A stretch of 24,443 bases of DNA, from UHGV virus genome UHGV-0098506. One strand, written 5' to 3'. Under the pieces are notes generated by a model. That model did no database searches. It was not told the DNA's origin and saw only the letters and a list, made by a program, of their open reading frames with translations. Position 1 is the stretch's first letter. Each line of letters begins with the position of its first letter. Positions 14,990-24,443 of this stretch are shown piece after piece. A program made the translations under genes and the position numbers. Source of the stretch: a virus.

Positions 14990-15348
14990 ACGAATATCAG
15001 TTTGTGCTTCCATACCCGCCGTCGGTGAACACCTACTGGCGAAGACGGGGAAGCCAATACTACATCAGCGATAAAGGCCAGAAATACCGAAAAGACGTTC
15101 AGCAAATCATCCGCCAACTCAAGTTAGACATTTTCACCAAATCACGACTCCGTATCAAAGTCATCGCAGACGTTCCAGACTCCCGCCGCCGCGACCTCGA
15201 CAACATCCTGAAAGGTTTACTCGACTCCCTTATCCACGCCGGATTTGCGGAAGACGACGAGCAATTCGATGACATTCGCGTAATTCGTGGCGTGAAAGTA
15301 CCAGGCGGAAGGCTTGGAATAAAAATCACCGAACTGGAGAACGCATGA
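14986..15348 (+). CDS. rusA: RusA Holliday-junction resolvase
   Basis: 120 aa with conserved RusA features (PPSVNTYW, acidic DxD and DNIxK-type catalytic region: RRRDLDNILKGLLDSL). ATGA overlap with upstream stop. Confidence 0.9.
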   Translation: MNEYQFVLPYPPSVNTYWRRRGSQYYISDKGQKYRKDVQQIIRQLKLDIFTKSRLRIKVIADVPDSRRRDLDNILKGLLDSLIHAGFAEDDEQFDDIRVIRGVKVPGGRLGIKITELENA

Positions 15349-15533
15349 ACGCCACAATTCAAACGATACCAGAGCTTCTTATCCAGACACGAGGCAATCA
15401 GACCGAAGTGGCGAGGATGCTTTCCTGCGCAAGAGGAACAGTGCTCAAGTACAACCGAGACAGCAAAGGCGAGCGTCACGTAATAGTTAACGGCGTCCTG
15501 ATGGTCAAACAGGGCAAAAGGGGAAGGCCATGA
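15345..15533 (+). CDS. ninH: NinH-like small DNA-binding protein
   Basis: IPELLIQTRGNQTEVARMLSCARGTVLKY parallels lambda NinH (IPDMLVEAYGNQTEVARRLKCSRGTVRKY). ATGA overlap with rusA stop. Confidence 0.75.
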   Translation: MNATIQTIPELLIQTRGNQTEVARMLSCARGTVLKYNRDSKGERHVIVNGVLMVKQGKRGRP

Positions 15534-16153
15534 GACTCGAAAGCGTAGCTAAATTTCATTCGCCAAAAAGCCCGATGATGAGTGACTCACCACGGGCCAC
15601 GGCTTCTGACTCTCTTTCCGGTACTGATGTGATGGCTGCTATGGGGATGGCGCAATCACAAGCCGGATTCGGAATGGCTGCATTCTGCGGTAAGCATGAA
15701 CTCAGCCAGAACGACAAACAAAAGGCTATCAACTATCTGATGCAATTTGCACACAAGGTATCGGGGAAATACCGTGGTGTGGCAAAGCTCGAAGGAAATA
15801 CTAAGGCAAAGGTACTGCAAGTGCTCGCAACATTCGCTTATGCGGATTATTGCCGTAGTGCCGCGACGCCGGGCGCAAGATGCAGAGATTGCCACGGTAC
15901 AGGCCGTGCGGTTGATATAGCCAAAACGGAGCAGTGGGGGAGAGTTGTTGAGAAAGAGTGCGGAAGATGCAAAGGTGTCGGCTATTCAAGAATGCCAGCA
16001 AGCGCCGCATATCGCGCTGTAACGATGCTAATCCCAAACCTTACTCAACCCACCTGGTCACGCACTGTTAAGCCGCTGTATGACGCTCTGGTGGTGCAAT
16101 GCCACAAGGAAGAGTCAATCGCAGACAATATTTTGAATGCGGTCACACGTTAG
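15530..16153 (+). CDS. Q: Late-gene antiterminator Q (lambda-type)
   Basis: 207 aa. N-terminus MRLESVAKFHSPKSPMMSDSPRATASD and the Cys-rich zinc-binding region match lambda Q as I recall it. Followed by a lambda-like pR' promoter. Confidence 0.9.
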   Translation: MRLESVAKFHSPKSPMMSDSPRATASDSLSGTDVMAAMGMAQSQAGFGMAAFCGKHELSQNDKQKAINYLMQFAHKVSGKYRGVAKLEGNTKAKVLQVLATFAYADYCRSAATPGARCRDCHGTGRAVDIAKTEQWGRVVEKECGRCKGVGYSRMPASAAYRAVTMLIPNLTQPTWSRTVKPLYDALVVQCHKEESIADNILNAVTR

Positions 16154-16195
16154 CAGCATGATTGCCACGGATGGCAACATATTAACGGCATAATA

Positions 16196-16231
16196 TTGAC
16201 TTTTTGAATAAAGTTGGGTAAATTTGACTCA
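16196..16231 (+). promoter_or_regulatory. Late promoter pR' with qut region (-35 TTGACT, 17-bp spacer, -10 TAAATT)
   Basis: TTGACT at 16196-16201 and TAAATT at 16219-16224. Sequence resembles the lambda pR'/qut element immediately downstream of Q. Confidence 0.65.
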
Positions 16232-16258
16232 ACGATGGATAAATGCACTCGTTAAATA

Positions 16259-16290
16259 AAGCCCTGAGTTAATAGCTCGGGGCTTTTTTG
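16259..16290 (+). terminator. tR'-type intrinsic terminator ~60 nt downstream of the pR' start
   Basis: AGCCCTGAG-TTAATAG-CTCGGGGCT followed by TTTTTT. Confidence 0.6.
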
Positions 16291-16587
16291 CGTTTTAAGC
16301 ACGGCCTTTCTGAAAGCACATCAAACCAAATACCAGACAGACAAAAATAATCACCTTATCCGCTGTGGCTACGGTGCGGTGTGCTTTGCATAAAAGAAAA
16401 CCAGCTCAATGGCTGGCTTCGTGAAAGCGGGTGGCAAGAGGTTGCGCTAACAACCTCCTGCCGTTTTGCCCGTGCATATCGGTCACGAACAAATCTGATT
16501 ACTAAACACAGTAGCCTGGATTTGTTCTATCAGTAATCGACCTTATTCCTAATTAAATAGAGCAAATCCCCTTATTGGGGGTAAGAC

Positions 16588-16911
16588 ATGAAGATGCCAG
16601 AAAAACATGACCTGTTAGCCGCCATTCTCGCGGCAAAGGAACAAGGCATCGGGGCAATCCTTGCGTTTGCAATGGCGTACCTTCGCGGCAGATATAATGG
16701 CGGTGCGTTTACAAAAACAGTAATCGACGCAACGATGTGCGCCATTATCGCCTGGTTCATTCGTGACCTTCTCGACTTCGCCGGACTAAGTAGCAATCTC
16801 GCTTATATAACGAGCGTGTTCATCGGCTACATCGGTACTGACTCGATTGGTTCGCTTATCAAACGCTTCGCTGCTAAAAAAGCCGGAGTAGAAGATGGTG
16901 GAAATCAATAA
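16588..16911 (+). CDS. S: Holin S (class I, lambda-type) with dual-start motif
   Basis: [39 protein letters not shown]... is the lambda S protein as recalled. Met1-Lys2-Met3 dual start. Upstream CCCC-TTATT-GGGG stem-loop (16567-16581) overlaps the Shine-Dalgarno (sdi-like). Confidence 0.9.
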   Translation: MKMPEKHDLLAAILAAKEQGIGAILAFAMAYLRGRYNGGAFTKTVIDATMCAIIAWFIRDLLDFAGLSSNLAYITSVFIGYIGTDSIGSLIKRFAAKKAGVEDGGNQ

Positions 16912-17371
16912 TCAACGTAAGGCGTTCCTCGATATGCTGGCGTGGTCAGAGGGAACTGATAACGGACGGCAGAAAACCAGAAATCATGGTTATGACGTCA
17001 TTGTAGGAGGAGAGCTATTCACTGATTACTCCGATCACCCTCGCAAACTTGTCACGCTAAACCCCAAACTCAAATCAACAGCAGCCGGACGTTACCAGCT
17101 TCTTTCCCGTTGGTGGGATGCCTATCGTAAGCAGCTTGGCCTGAAAGACTTCTCTCCGAAAAGCCAGGACGCTGTTGCGCTGCAGCAGATTAAGGAGCGT
17201 GGCGCTTTACCGATGATTGATCGCGGTGATATCCGTCAGGCTATCGACCGTTGCAGCAATATCTGGGCTTCACTGCCGGGTGCTGGTTATGGTCAGTTCG
17301 AGCATAAGGCAGACAGCCTGATTGCAAAATTCAAAGAAGCAGGCGGAACGGTCAGAGAGATTGAGGTATGA
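16895..17371 (+). CDS. R: Endolysin R (lambda-type lytic transglycosylase)
   Basis: [51 protein letters not shown]... matches lambda R as recalled. Overlaps the end of S. Confidence 0.9.
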   Translation: MVEINNQRKAFLDMLAWSEGTDNGRQKTRNHGYDVIVGGELFTDYSDHPRKLVTLNPKLKSTAAGRYQLLSRWWDAYRKQLGLKDFSPKSQDAVALQQIKERGALPMIDRGDIRQAIDRCSNIWASLPGAGYGQFEHKADSLIAKFKEAGGTVREIEV

Positions 17372-17835
17372 GTAGAGTAACCGCGATTATCTCCGCTCTG
17401 GTTATCTGCATCATCGTTTGCCTGTCATGGGCTGTTAATCATTACCGTGATAACGCCATGACCTACAAAGAGCAGCGCGATAACAAGGCCAGTGAACTGG
17501 AGAGGGCGAACGCCACCATTACTGACATGCAGCAGCTCCAGCGTGATGCTGATGCACTCGATGCTAAATACGCGAAGGAGTTAGCTGATGCGAAAGCTGA
17601 AAATGATGCTCTTCGGCGCAAGCTTGATAATGGTGGCAGGGTGCTCGTCAAAGGAAAATGCCCTGTGCCATCCTCAGACGAAACCTCCAGCGCCTCCGGC
17701 ATGGGCAATGATGCCACCGTCGAACTCTCTCCAGTTGCTGGACGAAACGTTCTCGGTGTCCGGGACGGAATTATCCGCGACCAAACAGCACTGAGAACGC
17801 TTCAGGAATACATCAGGACGCAATGCCTTCGATGA
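17368..17835 (+). CDS. Rz: Spanin inner-membrane subunit Rz
   Basis: N-terminal TM helix ([18 protein letters not shown]) then coiled-coil periplasmic domain. ATGA overlap with R stop. Lambda Rz-like. Confidence 0.85.
   Translation: MSRVTAIISALVICIIVCLSWAVNHYRDNAMTYKEQRDNKASELERANATITDMQQLQRDADALDAKYAKELADAKAENDALRRKLDNGGRVLVKGKCPVPSSDETSSASGMGNDATVELSPVAGRNVLGVRDGIIRDQTALRTLQEYIRTQCLR
17588..17794 (+). CDS. Rz1: Spanin outer-membrane lipoprotein Rz1, embedded in the +1 frame of Rz
   Basis: Signal peptide with lipobox (LIMVAGC) followed by a Pro-rich mature region ([13 protein letters not shown]). AAGGAG 7 nt upstream. Entirely inside Rz. Confidence 0.8.
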   Translation: MRKLKMMLFGASLIMVAGCSSKENALCHPQTKPPAPPAWAMMPPSNSLQLLDETFSVSGTELSATKQH

Positions 17836-18008
17836 TAGCGATAATTCTACTCATCATCCTTCACATCTGGCTCTGTAGACAGGGTGGTGATCACTTCTGG
17901 AGTAAATCCAGATTAAACATCTCATTGCTGATGCTTGATATTGAGCATCTGGCGCGCGGTAAGGGGCTGCGTTGAGATAAGAGCCAGTCATCACAAACAC
18001 CAGGATTT

Positions 18009-18034
18009 AGCCTCGCATTCGCGGGGCTTTTTTA
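18009..18034 (+). terminator. Intrinsic terminator after the lysis cassette
   Basis: AGCCTCGC-ATTC-GCGGGGCT (one wobble) followed by TTTTT. A second hairpin CGCGC-TTCACA-CGCGCG follows at 18047-18065. Confidence 0.5.
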
Positions 18035-18180
18035 TATCTGCAACAAACGCGCTTCACACGCGCGACTTTTGAACACAGAACCTTTCAGGATGACCCTTGA
18101 GGATGCCGGTTTGGTTATCGGTGCCTTTCTGTGGGCCGGAATCCTGTGTGACAAGGTTCATCACTAAAAGGTAATCACTG

Positions 18181-18711
18181 ATGAAGTACCCAACAGTTAT
18201 TGTCAATGGTGTGTCCGTTCGTGTTGATGAGGATGGACGCTACAACTTAAACGATCTCCATGCAGCAGCAGTTGCAAATGGAGAGGCTACAGAGCAACAG
18301 CGCCCAAGCCAGTTTTTGCGTAGCGCGCAGATAAAACGCTTCATAAAAGCACTGGAGGCCAAAGTGCAAAAAAGCACTTTGGAACAAATTCAACCACTTA
18401 AAATAATCAAAGGTGGTGCAGAACCAGGTGTGTGGGGTGTTGAACTTCTGGCAATCAGATATGCAGCATGGATTAAGCCGGAATTTGAAATCGAAGTTTA
18501 TGAAGTTTTCAAAACGGTCGTCCGTCTCGGCGTTGGCGCAATGTCCCGTCTGAATAGAATCGATCACATCATCAATACTGAAACCAAAGCGATAAGCCAG
18601 TGCGCAAGCCAAATGGCTAAGTGGGGCGTTGGTGGGCGAAAAAGATTGCTTCATGTTGCACGTGAGAGAGCGGCAAATGAAGTGCAAATGTATTTGCCCG
18701 GAATGGTGTGA
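18181..18711 (+). CDS. KilA-N domain protein
   Basis: N-terminal region (VNGVSVRVDEDGRYNLNDLHAAA...PSQFLRSAQIKRFIKALE) is a typical KilA-N/APSES-type DNA-binding domain. Sits between lysis and packaging genes. Confidence 0.7.
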   Translation: MKYPTVIVNGVSVRVDEDGRYNLNDLHAAAVANGEATEQQRPSQFLRSAQIKRFIKALEAKVQKSTLEQIQPLKIIKGGAEPGVWGVELLAIRYAAWIKPEFEIEVYEVFKTVVRLGVGAMSRLNRIDHIINTETKAISQCASQMAKWGVGGRKRLLHVARERAANEVQMYLPGMV

Positions 18712-18967
18712 TTTCGCAGGTTAATCCAGTTTTTGCATTACGGCAGTACCACGAAGCAACCCAAGCCAGTAAGTGGGGAAATAACACTGGCAGCCACTGA
18801 AAGATGAACCTCCTGCCTTATGGCAAAAAAGATTCTTTGTGGTGGCGGACTGATGGAAAGACATCGGTTATTGCAGAGACCATTCAATGAGTGGTCTCGA
18901 CAATGGCTTATACCCTACACGGGATAACTTAACTGATATCCCTTTTAACGGATAAACGGAGCCAACA

Positions 18968-19210
18968 ATGGCAGAGATTATTCCCATGACTGAAGAACAG
19001 AAATTCCAGTTAGAGATTTACAAACTGGTCATGAACCAGAACGCAGCTGCAGAGGAAGCATTTCAGTTCATTGGCACTGACGAGCTGAAGCTTGAGCTAT
19101 TCAAAATTCACTTCCAGTCAGGCGGCGCTAATTCAGATATCACGACCCGCACAATCGAAGCGGTGCGTAAATCGAAGGAAGCGTTAGACCTGTTCACTAC
19201 CGGAGCATGA
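18968..19210 (+). CDS. Hypothetical protein (80 aa)
   Basis: GGAG upstream of ATG. No family recognised. Confidence 0.5.
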   Translation: MAEIIPMTEEQKFQLEIYKLVMNQNAAAEEAFQFIGTDELKLELFKIHFQSGGANSDITTRTIEAVRKSKEALDLFTTGA

Positions 19211-19239
19211 TGCTCAACCTGAAATAACGATTAAGTGAG

Positions 19240-19734
19240 ATGAATATGGCAGCACCAAAGGGCAACCGATTCTGGGAGGCCCGCAGTAGTCATGGGCGAA
19301 ACCCTAAATTCGAATCGCCTGAGGCGCTGTGGGCTGCTTGTTGTGAATACTTCGAGTGGGCTGATGATAACCCGCTATGGGAGGGTAAGGTATTTTCATA
19401 TCAGGGAGAAATAATTAAGGCTAATGTCCCTAAGATGCGAGCCATGACTATTTCAGGATTGTGTACCTTCCTTGATATCACCAGGCAAACATGGGGAACC
19501 TTCCGGTCAATGGAAGGTTTTTCTGACGTCACATCACGAGCGGAAGACATCATCTACGACCAGAAATTCTCTGGCGCAGCCGCTGACCTTCTCAACGCTA
19601 ACATCATCGCCCGTGATTTGGGCCTCAAAGAGCAGTCGCAAGTTGAAGACGTGACACCTGATAAGGGAGATCGCGATAAGCGACGCTCTCGTATCAAGGA
19701 GCTATTCAACCGTGGAACTGGACGCGATTCTTGA
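19240..19734 (+). CDS. Terminase small subunit (P22 gp3 family)
   Basis: [38 protein letters not shown]...[56 protein letters not shown] matches P22 gp3 closely as recalled. True start probably the ATG at 19246. Confidence 0.85.
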   Translation: MNMAAPKGNRFWEARSSHGRNPKFESPEALWAACCEYFEWADDNPLWEGKVFSYQGEIIKANVPKMRAMTISGLCTFLDITRQTWGTFRSMEGFSDVTSRAEDIIYDQKFSGAAADLLNANIIARDLGLKEQSQVEDVTPDKGDRDKRRSRIKELFNRGTGRDS

Positions 19735-21208
19735 TAACCTGAGCGACGAAGAGCAAATCGAGTTGCTCGAGCTACTCGAAGAAGAAGAGAACTACCGGAA
19801 CACACACCTGCTATATGAATTTACGCCATACAGCAAACAGCGTGAGTTCATCGATGCCGGGCATGACTATCCAGAGCGATGTTTTATGGCTGGTAACCAG
19901 CTTGGTAAGTCATTTACTGGTGCTGCTGAAGTCGCATTTCACCTTACCGGGCGTTATCCGGGCACAAAAGGCTATCCTGCTGATGGTAAATATGGCGGGG
20001 AGTGGAAAGGTAAGCGTTTCTATGAGCCTGTTGTCTTCTGGATTGGTGGCGAGACAAACGAGACTGTAACCAAAACGACTCAACGCATCCTGTGCGGTCG
20101 TATCGAAGAGAATGATGAGCCTGGCTACGGTTCCATACCGAAAGAGGACATCATTAGCTGGAAGAAGTCTCCTTTCTTTCCGAACCTTGTTGATCATCTT
20201 CTGGTTAAGCATCACACGGCTGATGGCGTTGAAGATGGAATTTCAATCTGCTACTTCAAACCATACTCGCAAGGCCGCGCTCGCTGGCAGGGTGACACAA
20301 TCCACGGCGTGTGGTTTGACGAAGAGCCACCATACAGCATTTATGGCGAAGGTCTTACCCGTACCAACAAATACGGTCAATTCTCAATTCTGACGTTTAC
20401 CCCGCTAATGGGGATGTCTGACGTTGTTACCAAGTTCCTGAAGAACCCCAGCAAGTCGCAGAAAGTGGTCAACATGACCATCTATGACGCTGAGCACTAC
20501 ACCGACGAGCAGAAAGAGCAAATCATCGCATCCTATCCTGAGCATGAGAGAGAGGCGCGTGCTCGCGGTATTCCTACGATGGGTAGTGGTCGAATCTTCC
20601 AGATACCGGAAGAGACGATTAAGTGTCAGCCGTTCGAGTGTCCTGATCACTTCTACGTCATCAATGCAATGGACTTCGGATGGGATCACCCACAGGCACA
20701 CATCCAGCTTTGGTGGGATAAAGACGAGGACGTGATTTATCTTTCTCGCGTCTGGAAGGCCAAACAGAAGAAGGCGACAGAGGCATGGAGTGCTGTTAAA
20801 GCATGGAGCAAAAACACCCCTACGGCTTGGCCTCATGACGGGCATCAGCACGAAAAGGGAGGCGGCGCTCAGCTCAAGGAACAATACGCCGACGCTGGGT
20901 TCGACATGTTGCCAGATCATGCAACATGGCCTGATGGAGGTAATGCGGTCGAACCCGGGATAGCAGAGATACGCGACATGATGCTCGACGGTCGTTTCAA
21001 GGTATTTAACACCTGCGAGCCATTCTTTGAAGAGTTTCGCCTGTATCACCGAGATGAGAACGGGAAGATCGTCAAGCTAAATGACGACATCCTTTCTGCT
21101 GTTCGCTATGGCTACATGATGAGGCGTTTTGCAATACAGATGCGAGACATCAAAGATCCTAAAGAGATTGATTACTCAAGCTACAACATACCTTGCGGAG
21201 TTGGATGA
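19712..21208 (+). CDS. Terminase large subunit (P22 gp2 family)
   Basis: 498 aa. N-terminus [37 protein letters not shown] as in P22 gp2. ATPase Walker A-like [15 protein letters not shown] start overlapping the end of the small subunit gene. Confidence 0.9.
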   Translation: MELDAILDNLSDEEQIELLELLEEEENYRNTHLLYEFTPYSKQREFIDAGHDYPERCFMAGNQLGKSFTGAAEVAFHLTGRYPGTKGYPADGKYGGEWKGKRFYEPVVFWIGGETNETVTKTTQRILCGRIEENDEPGYGSIPKEDIISWKKSPFFPNLVDHLLVKHHTADGVEDGISICYFKPYSQGRARWQGDTIHGVWFDEEPPYSIYGEGLTRTNKYGQFSILTFTPLMGMSDVVTKFLKNPSKSQKVVNMTIYDAEHYTDEQKEQIIASYPEHEREARARGIPTMGSGRIFQIPEETIKCQPFECPDHFYVINAMDFGWDHPQAHIQLWWDKDEDVIYLSRVWKAKQKKATEAWSAVKAWSKNTPTAWPHDGHQHEKGGGAQLKEQYADAGFDMLPDHATWPDGGNAVEPGIAEIRDMMLDGRFKVFNTCEPFFEEFRLYHRDENGKIVKLNDDILSAVRYGYMMRRFAIQMRDIKDPKEIDYSSYNIPCGVG

Positions 21209-23409
21209 TGGCTGATGATAGAAAGATGACTGACTGGCATCGCAAGGTGCTGTGCAACTTTGATAATGCCTGGTCAGCAACGCAGGATATGCGTGAGCAG
21301 ATTGTTGAGGCTCAACGTTTCGTCCGGGTATCCGGCGCACAGTGGGAAGGCAGCACAAACGCTGGTTACTCATTTGATGAAGGCAGGTTTGAGCATTATC
21401 CGCGCTTTGAACTGAATAAGATTGCCCGTGAATGTGATCGCATCATTGGCGAGTATCGACAGAATCGCATAAGCGTTAAATTCAGGCCGAAGGACGATAA
21501 GGCATCGGAAGCGTTAGCCGAAAAGATGAACGGCAAATTCCGCGCTGACTATCAGGAAACATCCGGTGGCGAAGCGTGTGATAACGCATTTGATGATGCT
21601 GTAACGGGCGGATTCGGTTGTTTCCGCATGTGTGCCGATTACGAAGATGAAATGGATCCGAGTAACGAGCAGCGACGCATCAGCCTTCTTCCTGTTTACG
21701 ACCCAGCGACATGCGTCTTCTTCGATCAGGACAGCAAGCAATATGACCGCTCTGATGCTATGTGGGCTATGGAAATGTTCTCCATGACGCCTAAAGCGTT
21801 CGAGGCTGAATACCCTGATTCCATCGCGGCAAGCCTTTCTCGTGATGACACTGGCACTCAATATGACTGGTCAACGCCTGACGCCATCTATGTTGGACGT
21901 TACTACGAAGTCCGCATAGAGAAGGTGAAGCTCACGGCGTGGCGTAACCCTGTTAGCGGAGAAACGGCAATCTATGATGAAGAGCAAATCAAAGATATTG
22001 TCGACGAGCTGACCGATGGTGCATTCGAACTGATTGGCGAGCGAACGGTGAAGAAACGCCGAGTTTATTGCGGTCTTCTGTCTGGCGCTGAATGGCTGGA
22101 AGAACCGAAGCGTATTCCGGGCGAACATATTCCTCTCATCCCGGTATATGGGCGTCGTTCATTTGTTGATAATCAGGAGCGAATCGAAGGCCACGCAGCA
22201 AAAGCGATGGATGCACAGCGTCTTGAGAACCTGATGGTTTCCATGATTGCAGATAATGCTACTCAGGCTGGCGGTGATGGCATTCCTATCGTGGATGTTG
22301 ATTTCATTCCCGGTCCATTAATGAATCACTGGGCAGAGAGGAATAAGAAAAGACCTGCAGTTCTTCCCATGACCAGCAAGAAGGACAAAAACGGAACGGT
22401 CATTTCAGAGGCTCAGGTTGCTGGCTGGACACCTCCGACACAAATGCCTCCTGCTCTTGCCGGGCTATTGCAGTACACCGGAACGGCTATTCAGCAAATT
22501 ACAGGTGCGTCGCAGCTTGAGAACATGCCGAGCAACGTCGCTACCGATACCGTTGATAGCATCTTTAACAGGATGGACACGCAGTCCTATATCTACATGG
22601 ACAACATGGCTAAATCCATGCGTCGCGCTGGCGTTGTGTGGCTTTCTATGGCGCGTGAGGTCTATGGCAGTGATACGCCGATGCGTATCGTTAATGAGGA
22701 CGGCAGCGATGACGTGGCGCTGATGACTGGTGAAGTGGTTGACCGTCAGACAGGGCAGGTTATCGCGCTTAATGACCTTTCGCAGGGCAACTATGAAGTG
22801 ACTGTCGATGTCGGTCAGTCGTTCGCTACTCGCCGTGATGCAACGGTTAAGTCGTTACTTTCCATGCTGGCACTTATCCCACCAGGAACGCCGAAGCACG
22901 ACCTTGTATCGTCGATGATTCTCGACAATATGGACGGCGAAGGGATGGGCGATCTGAAAGAATACAACCGCAATCAGTTGCTTCTGTCTGGCGTTATCAA
23001 GCCGAGAACACCTGAAGAACAGCAGATGGTTGAGCAGGCGAAACAACAACAGGCCATTCAGCCAGATCCGGCTATGGTTGCAGCGCAAGGTCAGCTTCTT
23101 GCAGGTCAGGCTGAATTGCAGAAAGCGCAGAACGAACAGGCAGCCATTCAGGTTAAAGCATTCCAGGCACAGACTGATGCTCAGGTTGCAGCGGCAAACG
23201 TTGTGAAAATCCTCGCATCTGCCGATAGCCAGCAGAAATCTGATATCCGCGAGGCTCTGAAACTGCTCGGACAGTTCCAGCAACAGCAAGGAGACAATGC
23301 CCGTGCTGATGCAGAGCTTGTCCTGAAAAGTCAGGCACAGGGTCATGCGCAGCGCATGGACATCAGCAGCATCCTGCAAAAATCAACTCAGCAACAACCA
23401 CAGCAGTAA
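21205..23409 (+). CDS. Portal protein (P22 gp1 family)
   Basis: ~735 aa. C-terminal Gln/Ala-rich coiled-coil barrel segment ([46 protein letters not shown]...) parallels the P22 portal C-terminus. Follows the large terminase gene with overlap. Start at ATG 21205 or 21208. Confidence 0.9.
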   Translation: [734 protein letters not shown]

Positions 23410-23499
23410 TTAACCCATAACGTGCAATGGCTGTCTTTATGAGGCCTGGCACCCTATTGCCTTCCGATGGGCTGAACATCGAGTAAACAGGGGTAACAA

Positions 23500-24393
23500 A
23501 TGGACCAGATGGCAGAAAACACACCAGAAGTTGAAATCGAAACCGACGCGTCAGAGCAGATTCCTGATGATGTCGAACTGGCTGAAGAAGTCGAAACAGA
23601 AGATGGCAGTGAGTCCTCCGGCAATGATGCAGAGGAAGCTACTGAAACTGATGACGACGAATCAGAACAGGAATTCTACTTTGGTGACGAAAAGCTGGAT
23701 TCGCCAACCAGCGAAGATGGCGCAGAGCATGGACTGGTAAAACACCTTCGCAAGACGATTAAAGAGAAAGACCGCGAGCTGAAAGAGCTGATGCGTCAGT
23801 CTCAGAAACCCGTCGAGCAGCAGCCGGTAATCACTCAACCACCGCGAATGCCAAAACTGGATGATGAGGACATCGGTTTCGATGAAGAAATCTATCAGCA
23901 ACGCATGGCTAAGTGGGCAGAGGATAACGGAAAGTACCAGCAACAGGAGATGGCTCGCAAGCAGAAGGAGCAGGAGCTTCAGGCTGCTTATCAAGAGCGA
24001 TTATCCAAATATCAGCAACGTGTTAAGGCTCTCAAGGTTCCTGGCTATCAGGAAGCAGAGCAGGCCGTACTCGAGGAAATCCCCATCGAGACACAAAACG
24101 CGATCCTGTTTGAGTCAGAGAAGCCGGAAATCGTTGTTCTGGCACTCGGTCGCAACGCTGAACTGCGCAAGCAACTGGCAGAAGCTACCAACCCCGTAGC
24201 AATTGGTCGTCTGCTGGAACGTATCGAATCTAAGGCCAGAATCATGCCAAAAGCAAAAACCACGGCAGCCACAACCCCGACAGTTAAGGGGAGCAACGGC
24301 GCAGTAATCAATAACCTCGACAAACTGAAAGCCAAGGCGCTGGAAACTGGTGACTGGACGCCGTATTTCGCCGCTAAAAAGGCAAAAAAATAA
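23500..24393 (+). CDS. Scaffolding protein (by synteny and composition)
   Basis: 297 aa, very acidic N-terminus, helical Gln/Glu/Lys-rich body, basic C-terminus. Lies between portal and the next head gene as in P22 (gp8 position). Sequence diverges from P22 gp8. Confidence 0.6.
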   Translation: MDQMAENTPEVEIETDASEQIPDDVELAEEVETEDGSESSGNDAEEATETDDDESEQEFYFGDEKLDSPTSEDGAEHGLVKHLRKTIKEKDRELKELMRQSQKPVEQQPVITQPPRMPKLDDEDIGFDEEIYQQRMAKWAEDNGKYQQQEMARKQKEQELQAAYQERLSKYQQRVKALKVPGYQEAEQAVLEEIPIETQNAILFESEKPEIVVLALGRNAELRKQLAEATNPVAIGRLLERIESKARIMPKAKTTAATTPTVKGSNGAVINNLDKLKAKALETGDWTPYFAAKKAKK

Positions 24394-24411
24394 CCTATCG
24401 GAGCATTAAGC

Positions 24412-24443
24412 ATGGCTAACCAATTAGCAAAAGACCTTGAAAT
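24412..24443 (+). CDS. 5' end of next head gene (probably coat/major capsid protein), truncated by window end
   Basis: GGAG Shine-Dalgarno then ATG GCT AAC CAA TTA GCA AAA GAC CTT GAA. Position after scaffold gene. Confidence 0.35.
   Translation, partial: MANQLAKDLE

Noticed and set aside
16296-16560. Possible gene between the tR'-type terminator and S
   Set aside because: No ORF of meaningful length with a ribosome-binding site; region is best explained as the late-operon leader containing hairpins.
18247-18687. 146-aa minus-strand ORF
   Set aside because: Fully contained antisense within the KilA-N gene, whose plus-strand frame has the recognisable domain.
20405-21049. 214-aa ORF on the minus strand
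   Set aside because: Lies entirely antisense within the large terminase gene, which has clear family features; no Shine-Dalgarno evaluated in its favour. Typical spurious antisense ORF.
22855-23379. 174-aa minus-strand ORF
   Set aside because: Antisense inside the portal gene; Cys/Leu-rich low-complexity translation typical of the reverse frame of a Gln/Ala-rich coding region.

Overview
This window reads as the left ~24 kb of a mosaic lambdoid (P22-like) prophage integrated at the 3' end of a tRNA-Thr gene; all calls are from reading the sequence and recalled protein families, with no searches run. Gene order is textbook: tRNA fragment/attL, int-xis, a leftward block of early-left accessory genes ending in SSB and Erf, cIII-like, N, nutL, OL/pL, a cI repressor with a small membrane protein behind it, OR, cro, nutR, cII, an O-like initiator with internal iterons, a DnaB-like helicase, the nin region (NinB, NinE, NinF, YbcO-like, RusA, NinH), Q with pR' and a terminator, the S-R-Rz/Rz1 lysis cassette, a KilA-N protein, P22-type terminase small and large subunits, portal, scaffold and the start of the next head gene. 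I found no rRNA, CRISPR array, transposase or IS element. The best candidates for something undescribed are the unknown multi-pass membrane protein in the cI operon, an AT-rich unknown gene directly after N, and a block of unknown early-left genes; none can be assigned a function from sequence alone. Other points worth checking are an antirepressor-like nin gene split by an in-frame TAA, extra RNA structures in the N leader, an OOP-like antisense terminator inside cII, and a G9 tract after the helicase terminator. Exact GC values, homology scores and promoter activity were not computed.
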